A DNA stretch of 64,000 nt from contig CM102286.1 in assembly GCA_046563655.1 (NCBI GenBank), forward strand, positions 2,666,001 through 2,730,000, written 5' to 3'. Positions within the stretch are counted from its first letter, which is position 1, and each line of letters begins with the position of its first letter. Below are positions 1 through 10,369 of the stretch, piece by piece. The position numbers and the translations under genes were made by a program. Source of the DNA: Yuukianura sp. NJ FZ-2021 (Eukaryota). The notes under the pieces were generated by a model, which did no database searches, was not told where the DNA came from, and worked only from the letters and a program-made list of their open reading frames with translations.

Positions 1-444
1 AAAACATTGAGGAACGAGACATTGTATTTCTTTTTTTTTCCTAAACTGATCGCATACGCTTTGGGTTGCAACCGAAACGAAAGGAAATGGAATATTGCAA
101 AATCGAAAATAAAAATTGATCCTTCACCAAATTTTGCGACCTCATCTAAATTTTTTAGTAAAAGTGAAAGATTAAAGTAAAATGTTTTTGACATATTAAA
201 AAATAAACGTGATTTTACAATGGACCCAATTCTGTTGTACTCCAACCAGAATTTTCAGTGATTAAGTGATAAATTGCAAACTGAGCATAGGATAAAGCAT
301 AGAAACTAAAGCCACGTAGGACAAACTGATTAGTAGACTGATTAGTTTTTATCACAATGCGAAATTTTTATCAGAAAAATTGAAATTGGATTTGCAGTAA
401 AAATTTTTTAGTTGGAATTGGAAATCAACTGGAATCCGTTCACT

Positions 445-1172
445 ATGCTCAAGGCCATAATTTTTCTTGCCGTTGTGGCTGTCGCCGCTGCGCAAACTCC
501 GCACAAGCTCGAAATAACCCATGGTGGCGTGGTTGCTACATACGATGCAAACCAGGAAAAGTTGACCCTCACCGACGTCACGGAAATTTGCAATACCGGG
601 GTGTAAGTTTGACACAAAAAATTCAATTTCCCTTTAAACCATTTGTTTTTTGACTAACTGTGAAATTTTATTTGATGAATTTGAAACTTCCCAGTTGGGT
701 AGTGTACACTGGTGAGAACTACGGAGGGTTTTTGGCAGAAATTTTTCCAAAGCTTACACAGCCCTGCCAGCGTCCATACGCTGAAAATGTTGGTTCCGCC
801 AGAATGGTCGGCATCAAAGACGATTCCGCTGCACCATCCGCAACATTGTTCAGTTTAGTGGATTTGGGCGGAGGTTCACTGGTTGTTGGACCCAGTGGAG
901 TTGAAGTAATAAATCAAAGAATCCAGTCAATTGTCACTATCAACACAAATGTGGAGCTGTACGAAGAAGAGAAGTTCGAAGGCCGATTCGAATGCCTTAA
1001 CTTGACTCCACTTTGCAGCGACATGGGAGTGTGCTGGACATGGGCTATCAATCCTGCAGCTTATGCCTGGGACATCACCAATGCCAAATCTGCAAAAATC
1101 GGAACATGCACACCAACAGTCCAAGGTGGCAAGCCGATTGGTAACAGCGTCTCTACCAGCAAAATTTTGTAA
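445..1172 (+). CDS. Secreted beta/gamma-crystallin-like protein, copy 1 (exons 445-602, 695-1172)
   Basis: Signal peptide MLKAIIFLAVVAVAAAQ; GTAAG...CCAG intron splices in frame to GV|WVVYTGENYGG, resembling the crystallin G-x-W-x-x-Y-x-x-x-N-Y-x-G motif; second motif VELYEEEKFEG. Confidence 0.75.
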
Positions 1173-1685
1173 ATAAACTCAAACGTTCAAACGTAACCGT
1201 GTTTGATGTGCGACTAGATTTGTAAAAAAAGAATTTTCTTAACACAACTTTCTCTAAAACAGAAAAAATCTTATTTTTTCAAAGGCTCCATACGATTTTG
1301 TATTGTAAAAAAATTGGTACAAATTTGGTAAAATTGGACATTTGATTGATAAATGGTAAATTTGTAATTCAAAAATAAATATCCATGATACGATTCTACT
1401 AATCAACTCCAGTTTTTTGAAAAGTTGACACATTATGAAAATACTAAAGTTACAATTAGCTTGCTTTTTTTTGAAAATGCTATAATTATGTATGACACAA
1501 TTAGTCATGTATTGATATCAGTTACAAAGCAATCTCGTGTAAGTGTTACTGATAGATTTTGAAAAATGTCAATTTTAATCTAAAACTTGATAATTCAACG
1601 ACCAGGTAATTGCAGTAGTAATTTCGACTCGGAAAAAATTTCATTTCAATTTCAATTACGAACACTCCGCTTCATCACGTTCAAC

Positions 1686-2396
1686 ATGCTGAAGTACGCC
1701 ATTTTCGCTTTTGCCATTTTGGCAGTTGCTTCTGCGCAAGCTACTCCGCAAATTAATATCACTGATGCTCGTCTATTATATTTTCACAACGACGATCAGC
1801 CTGCATTGCCTTACAAAGACGTCAGCCAAGTTTGCAAAACTGGAGTGTAAGTTTAAAATTCAAAAATTATTGTTTCAAAAATACTTTGGATTACTACAGG
1901 TTTTGAAATGTTAAAAATTTTCAGATGGATCGTTTACACTGGACAGAACTATGTTGGTGCTACAGTCGAAATTTTTCCAGACGTGAACACGACATGCCAC
2001 ACTCCGTTTGCATCTACGGTTGGTTCAACCAGGCTCGTTGGTCCTAAGGCGACATACACTGAAACGTCCGTAACTTTATACCCTGCACCAAATTTTGGAG
2101 GAGAACCTACAGTGTTTACGACCACAGTTGAGGTCCAACATGCTTTACACTCATTAGTTGCAATCGGAAACTCCCACGTCGAATTGTTCCAAACAACTGA
2201 CCAATCTGGAGTGCCTGGCCTCTGCCTTGAACTGCCAATATGCCAAAATGGCGTCTGTTGGGCCTTTGAGCTCAACCCAGACGATTATGAGTGGAACATC
2301 ACGACCGATACCAAGTCTGCAAAAATCGAATGTACTACTAAAGCTACTGTGTTCAAACCCCGTAACAACCAGCATTCCACTATCCGAGCTTCTTAA
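1686..2396 (+). CDS. Secreted beta/gamma-crystallin-like protein, copy 2 (exons 1686-1846, 1925-2396)
   Basis: Signal peptide MLKYAIFAFAILAVASAQ; same phase-2 intron in CKTGV|WIVYTGQNYVG; clear paralog of copy 1 (VGSxRxVG, GVCW, YxWxIT, KSAKI). Confidence 0.75.
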
Positions 2397-3191
2397 ATTA
2401 ACTCAACCTGAAGAATATTGAGTTTGTTGTCTAAGAATTCGTGAAAATTTGGAAATTATGATGCAAAATTAAAATAAATTGGCTACACGAAATTAAACCA
2501 TGTCGATAGATCTAATGTTTACTAAGGGTAGCCACTTTAGTTATAATGAAACGGATACCACAGCTTTTAGAATAATCTATTTTTTTCGACAAATTAATTG
2601 TAGAACTGTTTTTCAATGGATTTCGTGGTAATAATTGCACTAAAGAGATAAAGTTTTAAAAGAGGTGTAGAAAGGGCAAATAACATAAATATATCCTTAA
2701 CAAAAAATGTGAGCGCACATTTAAATCAACTTCAATAAATTTTTTTCATTTCAGGCAAATTCGATTCAGCGTTTTCATAAATGTCAAATTCCAAATGTTT
2801 TGGCTTTGAATTCGGGATTCGGGAAGTTGCAGAAATTTGAGCTTCGGCATTTACATTGATTTGATTTGATTCGGCATTTACTGCAGAACAATATCCAAAT
2901 TTCACCATCGGTATTCGAATGAAAATCTTTTGCCCAGTTAGTACTACACTTGTTGTCTTGAATTTCTACATCAGCTGTGCTTCCCGGACGCGAAAGTTTG
3001 GCTTGAAATACAGACAAACCTTCACAGTGTGACCGCTTCAAGCTAAAATGTCTGTTAACGTTAAATGTTAAATAAACAAAAATTTTAACATTTATAAACC
3101 TTTACTTGTTTGCGATTTAAAGCCTACCCTAGTTTATTTCTAATTAGAACCAAAACTAACCATTGCGGTTTGGACCATTTCATACCAGAGA

Positions 3192-3804
3192 TGTACTGTC
3201 TTCCGGAAGATTCTTCAAATGAAGCCGTCTTCCGGCTTCATTCTTCCGACTTCCGGAAGTTTTGAAGACGGAAGCCCGGAAGACAAAATATTCTTTGGAA
3301 GCCGGAGGCCGGAAGCTTGGAAGACAAAATATTCTTTGGAAGCCGGAGGCCGGAAGCTTGGAAGACAAAATATTCTTTGGAAGCCGGAGGCCGGAAGCTT
3401 GGAAGACAAAATATTCTTTGGAAGCCGGAGGCCGGAAGCTTGGAAGCCAAAATATTCTCTGGAAGCCGGAAGCCGTGAAGACAAAATATCCTCCGGAAGC
3501 CGGAAGACTACAATACAAAACATCCTCTGGAAGCCTTGGAAGACAAAACATTCTCTGGAAGCCGGAGGTCGGAAGCCGTGAAGACAAGAGAATCTTTGGA
3601 AGCCGGAGGCCGGAAGACTGGAAGACAAGAAATTCTCTGGAAGCCGGAGGTCGGAAGCCGTGAAGACAAAACATTCTCTGGAAGCCGGAAGTCGGAAGCC
3701 GTGAAGACAAAAGAATCTTTGGAAGCCGGAAGTCGGAAGACTGGAAGCCGAATCAGCTGTTTCTCTTCGGAAGCCGTGAAGACTGGAAGCCGGAAGACAG
3801 TACA
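3192..3804. mobile_element. Non-autonomous TIR element with internal ~41-bp tandem repeat array
   Basis: Perfect 15-bp inverted ends TGTACTGTCTTCCGG (3192-3206) / CCGGAAGACAGTACA (3790-3804); roughly 11-12 internal units of GGAAGACAAAATATTCTTTGGAAGCCGGAGGCCGGAAGCTT that degenerate toward the right. Confidence 0.75.
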
Positions 3805-4065
3805 ACTATGTTTCATACACGCATTCAATCCTAGTAGAATTTCGTGATAACAACATTGCATGTTTGCTGTAATAACAACTTTTTGTCAAACGGAAAATTT
3901 GTGGTACCTTCAGATTTAATTTACTTGCAAGTAACAGTTAACACCATTACAAAATTTGTATTTTCATAGGTGACTGTTCAGGATACACGATTAAGTAATC
4001 GAAAATGTAAAATCAATAACAAATTTGATGTAAAATCCGGTGACTCCCGGTAGATCAATGCTCAG

Positions 4066-4437
4066 ATGAGTTTGGAAGACGAGTTCCAAGATGCAGTGAA
4101 ATATTTGAACGGGTAATTTAAAAACATACAAAATCGGTATTTACCAACAATTTAACAATACTTTAATATATGGAAAACAATATTACAATTTGTAAAATTT
4201 GACTTAAGGTGCAAAGGTGACTTGGATTCTGCTTCTATGCTGCGTTTCTATGGCCTTTACCGCCAATCTACAATTGGTGATTGCAACCGTCCGAGGCCTT
4301 TCTTTTTCTTCCTAAATTTTCGTGGTCGGCGGAAATGGAATGCGTGGAATACTTGTCGTGGAATGACAAATGAAGAGGCAATGGGACAGTACATTTCTAT
4401 GGTTAAAGAATTACAATCTGCTGCTGGAGCACTATGA
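4066..4437 (+). CDS. Acbp: Acyl-CoA-binding protein (ACBP/DBI family; exons 4066-4112, 4209-4437)
   Basis: Spliced product MSLEDEFQDAVKYLNG...MLRFYGLYRQSTIGDCN...KWNAWN...GMTNEEAMGQYISMVKEL matches the ACBP signature (LYGLYKQATxGD, KWxAW, AMxxYI). Confidence 0.9.
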
Positions 4438-6113
4438 GTTAACTTAATTATATTTAAATTTAAACACTTAACTATAACTCTTGGACTGCCATGTTGTACT
4501 TTCATGCATCATAAATTAAAAAATAACTAATTTAAATGTTTTGCACCGAGTAGTTGAAAATCTACAGTATTCTTACTATAAAATATTTTAACTAATTACT
4601 CGCGACAAAAATGAACTTTTTTAAAAAAACATCAATTTTGCATCGCTAGTTTTAAGTGAACTTTTTGTTAGCAACAGATTTTGTTACTGAACATTTTATA
4701 CCATGCATGCTCAATATTGTATGAAGTTTTCCATGTTCCAAATTCCCACGAGAAAATTTTCTCCGTTTTTCACACAAGCCGGTGTGATCAATACTTTAGC
4801 AAAATACGTTCATGAAGTCACTGTTCTTTTCATGGTATGATTTCATCCATTTGACGTGAGAACTTGGGAGTGAGTGGAGCCCTTGAAGTACTTTAATGAG
4901 GATGACTGCGAGGGATGATGCTCAAGAGCTCCAAGGCACTCCCACCCTACTATTCAATTAATCCTAAAAGTCCATTTCCCATAAATCCCACTTCTTTTGA
5001 CACAAAAATCAATACGAAAATTCACCCGCCCAGTTTAACTTTCGTACGTGACAAATGGAAGAGTGGTTGTTCAAATCTGGAAAGCGAATCTTCTTCCATG
5101 CACAAGTGAACTGGAAAATCCTTTCAAGCTGAAATACAAAACAGGAAATTAAATTTTTCTCCCACGCACAAAGTCACCCCTCATAATAATGCCCTTGTTT
5201 GGACTAAAAATCTGGATAGCCAAAACGACTTTTTTTGACTCGTCATTCTGTTTGTACGACGCTCACCTAGCAAAAATTTTTTGGTAACTCTAAATGAAAC
5301 AAAATTAAGTGGACCACGTCAGTAATTTAAAAAATAAAATTAATTATACAAAAATATTTAATAAATTCAAAAAATCAAACGTAATTACGTTAAGTTACCG
5401 AATTTGATTATAAAAAATTTGGGATTGGAAATAAGACAGTTTCTGGTAAATTTTTTACCTAAAATGTATAAATCTATACGACATATATTGTAGATTTACT
5501 TAACTTGACTTGGAGGCAACTCAGAACTTAACTAAAGTTGAGATTTATCTCACCACTATCCAACAAGTTGACGACTTTTTCAGAAACGTGGTGCACTTTC
5601 AGAAATGAATGGTTCGAAATTGTTAAAAAACGAAACATTTGCTTGGAGACAATGCACTATGGAGAATTTACTTGGAAGGAACAGGCTAAAAATTTAAGTA
5701 AATTCCGCAGAGACTGCAAGTCTTAACTGCGTCTGCGTCCGAGAATGCCGTCATCATCACTTGCTCTGGCTCCACATTCACCAAAATCAAGATTCGCCAA
5801 CCCCCGTCGCCCTCGCCTTCTTCGGCCAAAAAATTGAAAACGCCCTGCCCTTCCTACCAAAATTTTCACTCCTCCATTTTCTTCTGTCAAAACTAAATTC
5901 AATCCACTTTTGGAAAATCAAGGCACTGGTCGAAGGGAACTGGAAAACGCGAAAAGTCTTGGTTCAGCAAATTTTGAAAACCGATACTCAACAGTGATTG
6001 TTCGAAAGTGAATTTTAAAAATTTTGCTTCAAAATACAAATTTTAAAATCATTTTAAATGCCCAAACTGTGATTTATGGTGAAAGTTAGTAAAGTTTTGA
6101 AGAAGTTCTACTA

Positions 6114-9100
6114 ATGAATAAAGCTTCGGTAAGACGTTAATTTGATTTATATTAAGATTTGATTTGAACAGTTTAAGGTTCTTCAGCGATTTGGACCCAC
6201 ATTTCAAAATTCAGAACAATGGAAGTGTCAAATTTTTGTTTTTTATGGTTCTTTTCAAGATTAAATCTCCGACTAACGGTTATGAAATGGTTCATGTAAA
6301 TCTGGATGAATCAAATAAGGACCCTCCTTTGCTTCGAGCAGCAAATCACGGGGACTTACATGCCTTAAGTCTCTTACTGGAAAAGGGCGAAGATCTGTTG
6401 CAGGTCGATGATGCTGGAAACACTGCTCTGCATCATGTAGCCTACTTGGGTACTTTAAATTCAACTTATTAAAACATATTCTAGTCATTACTAAACTAAT
6501 TACAAATTTTGAAACGAAACAGAAAATTTTGAAACTGCAATCTCCTGTGCCGAAGTTCTTATAGCTCGAGCAAGAAAAAATTCCAATTTGAATTTACTCT
6601 CGACGTTTTTAAATATCGAAGATATTTCAAAATGGACTGCACTGGCAAATGCTACACTCCGAGGAAATACGAAACTAATGGAAATCCTGTTAGAAAATGG
6701 AGCAAAGTTAACTGTAACTAACACGAATGAAACGCTGTTTCACATCATCGCAAAATCTAGTAAGTTTTTGGCACATTTGTAATCTTTTCTTCTTTTTCAT
6801 GACAATTCATTTTAATTTTGCTCATTCTTGTGGTACAGAAAATCAATCAACTGCGTTAGACTGCACGCAACTTTTGCTGAATTTGAAGTATTATGAAAAT
6901 AAGCAAGAAATTTTGAAAACTTATTTGGACACTGAAGATCGCCATACAAGAAGAACAGCTTTGCATTTTGCTGGAATTTTTGGAAACCATGAAGTAATTG
7001 AAGTGCTAATTCGAAGTGGAACTGATGCCACAAAGCATGACTATGTGAATTGTAACATTTTTCATCATGCTGTTGGAAATGGTACTAAACCTTTTGTTTC
7101 AAAAGGTTGTAAACAAAAAATTTCAAAAAGAACTACGCAAAATGCACTTAACAAGAGATAATACCACACTGATCGAATTCAACTTCTTTTGACGTTTTGC
7201 AGCATTCGAAGACAAAGCTGTAGCTTGTACGCAAGTTTTGCTTGCTGAAGATTTGATTCCTGGCTGGTCTAAAGTGATTCCAACGTTATTGGAGTCCATG
7301 GACAATTGTGGAAGGTGTCCAGTCCACATAGGGGCTAGACGTGGGTTCCATGTCATTCTGGACCTTCTATCAGATTACTACATTCTTTCCGAAGCAGGAA
7401 CAGGATGGACTCCGCTACACTGTGCAGCAAGTTTAGGTAATGACTTTTCAATACTTGATTTAAAAAAAATCTAAGCTTTTTTAAGTCATAAGAAAGCAGA
7501 TCTTTAAACAGTCTCGCTTAAGAGAAGTGTTTGGCTCCATGTAAACATTTTTTATGACAAATCCAAAAGCTATAATTTCCATTCTCTGCCCTCCCCTGGA
7601 TCTTGCGTTCTGCTTCGCCTAATGTTTATTATTATTGCTGGAATGTCTGACATAAATGTTTTGGTTCTGTATGACTTTTTGAAAATAATGAATTATTCAG
7701 GAGATGAAGACCAGGCTGAACGGTGTGTCAAACAAATTCTTTCCCACGGGGATGCTGAGCGTAACAAAGGGCTCTGCAATGCCCAAGATGCTCAAGGACG
7801 GACGCCTTTGTATTTATCTGCTAAGGAACGCAATGTCGAGGCATGCAAACACCTCTTACTGGCGGGATCTGGATTTGACATTCCGTAAATTCAAAAATTC
7901 CTGCTGAAAAAGTTGAAAAGCTGAGAATTTTATTCATGGGTCAATGACTTTTGAAATTTTTAGGACAAAGAGAGGCAAAACGCCACTGGAGAAAGTGTAT
8001 CAAAAAATTCCACAAGCCGTTTCAGTACTTTTGAATGAAGCGATCAAGTCATCCGGCTACGTCGCTTATTTCAGGACTATCAACACTGTCGCGGAAATTG
8101 ACTTTGGGTAACATTTCAACTAAACAAAATAATTGTGCAAATTTTGAAAAAGTTGGGGGAAAACATGATTTTTTTTTCAAATTAGGCCTATACTTGGCTA
8201 CAGTACTTCTAAATCCAATGTGTACAAGGAGACAGAAGAATTGGTGAAAGTTTGCAAAGCAAATTTTGCAGATCGGAAAACAGTGCTGTACCACCCGTTT
8301 GTGCAAATTTACATTCACCAGAAATGGGAGAAAGTCAAGTGGTTCTTTCACCTCTTCAGATTTTTTCATGTAACCAAACTAAAAACTTGACAAAAAAAAT
8401 TTGGATTGAAATTTTTACAAAATGCAGAATTTTGGAAATACTAATTTCAGATTTTGTGGTTTTTGCTGAATTGCATTTTTGTCGTCTGGACGTACCGCTA
8501 CATTTGTCCACTTCCAGGCGCCAAAAATTTTTCCTGGAACGGCCTTAGGCCGGAGGAGAAAGACGAGTCAGCAACTCAAAATTTGAACAAAAGTAAAATT
8601 TTGTCTGATTTTATATACATACGTTGATTAAGTTTTAAAGAAATTTGGTAACTTAAATTACTAATCATTGCCTGTTACAGCACTCTCAGAATATGACATT
8701 CCACCAGGACTTCGCGTATGTGGAATTTTGAATCTCGTGACACTATTTGTCTACATTGTTTGTCAACTGCATCAAACAAAACAAAAGTTCCATCAAATCT
8801 TCCGTCCAGCAAAAGTTGATCCGACACAAAATTTCATTGTTCGAAATTTTGTTTTAATGTCGTACAACCTGAGACTTTTTCTTGAAATCCTCCCTTGCGG
8901 TCCGCTTATAATTGGAGCCGGAATTTTCTTCAGTACGTTACCTACACTTGGAGTCTATCCGTTCAATGACTTTTGCCATTACTTCATTGCAGGGGTAAGA
9001 AATTTGCACATTTTAAATTTCTTAGAAATTCAAATCGTTTTTAAAAAAGTGGGATGTATATGTTTTTAGATGGTTGCTCTTGGCGTTTGGGCGGCAATTT

Positions 9101-10036
9101 GCTTGGAAGCTATGAAAATTCCTCGATTCAGTTTCTACAAAAATCTTCTTTGGAAAGTAAGCTTTCTCCGTTGATTTTAAAGGTAAAAATTTTTGGGTTA
9201 ATCAAAATCAAAATTTTGAATTTTTTTTTCCAGTCGGCCAAAACCCTCCTCGTGGCCATCACCGTAACAGCTCCGATCCTGTTTGGATTTGCAGCACTGT
9301 TTGCAATTTTAGTGCCAGGGGTAAGATGAGACTTTTGGCTTCTCAAGATTTCCAGAACTTTTTCGAAAAGATTTCGGAAATTTTTGAAATTTCTCGAAAA
9401 TTTTAGGAACCTGCATTTTCCTCTCCTGCGCAGTCGCTAGTGAAAGTGATCACTTTTATGATTGGTGAACTGGATTATGGAAGTTTGGTGTACGGAGAAA
9501 CAGAAAGCGTTTTTCTGGGGTGGGTCATGCTTTTCATGGCACTTTTCGTCATCATCATTGTCGTACTCCTTGTCAACTTCCTGATTGGATTGGCAGCAGA
9601 AGAAATTAGCGTAAGGTCAAAGGTCACTTAATTAAAATCTATTAAAATCAACTTCAATTCTGTTTAAATTTAGGACGTTTGGGATCGAGCAGTAGTTTGG
9701 AGCCTTTGCACTAAACTGGAAGAAATTTATGCGTTGGAATCCTTGCTCGATGAAAATTTACCAATTTGTGGGCGTGGATTTCTGCGAAAACGCCTCATGC
9801 TTATGCCACCTGAAACTGAGGACGGAAAAATTTTGAAGCAATTGTGAGAAAAACACAATTTAAAAAATTTTATGTTCTTGTTCAAAAAATAATCTTGCTA
9901 AAAATATTTTCGTTGGTTTTCCATTTTTTTTTGTAGAAGGAGAGCTAGAATCAAAATTCCAGATTTGCCAAAAGAACTTCAAAAAGAGTTTCATCAACTT
10001 CGGCTAAAAACAATCTTGGAAGTGAAGCAACTTTAG
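6114..10036 (+). CDS. TRPA-family cation channel (ankyrin repeats + transmembrane channel domain); multi-exon, start codon uncertain (6114 or ~6287)
   Basis: Successive exons splice in frame through ankyrin motifs (GNTALHHVA, RRTALHFA, GRCPVHIGA, GWTPLHCAA, GRTPLYLSA), pre-S1 LYHPFVQIYIHQKW, pore FMIGELDY, S6/TRP-like NFLIGLAAEEI; stop TAG 10034-10036. Confidence 0.85.
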
Positions 10037-10369
10037 TTATCAAAATTTTAATATTTTTCATTCCGCATTGAATTTTTCTAAATTAACTTTTGGCAGCATA
10101 CTTATCTAACATTTGACGTTTTAAAATTTAGTATTATGTAGGACACGGTGTTTGTGTCCTACAAATGTCGATGCCTTCTGCACTTCCGTGTAATAAATTC
10201 TTTGTTTTATACTTAACTAGAACTTTAAAGTTTTAGCTGAATCGAATCATAAGGAAGCTACTTTGTCCAATTTACGACCCATTTGAATTATTCCGAACTC
10301 GTATGACTCCAAATCCCGATCGAGCATCGCCCTCATTCCCCCAGCCCTTCACCGTCACTAACCATCAAC

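Noticed and set aside
3277..3745. Regular 41-bp periodicity resembling a CRISPR array
   Set aside because: Units are tandem copies with no unique spacers, no cas genes, and the context is intron-containing eukaryotic DNA.
3180..3861. Several overlapping ORFs on both strands
   Set aside because: By-products of a stop-poor tandem repeat; translations merely cycle through frames of the unit.
4750..5130. Slightly GC-richer stretch with short ORFs between ACBP and TRPA
   Set aside because: No recognisable protein or consistent splice model on either strand.
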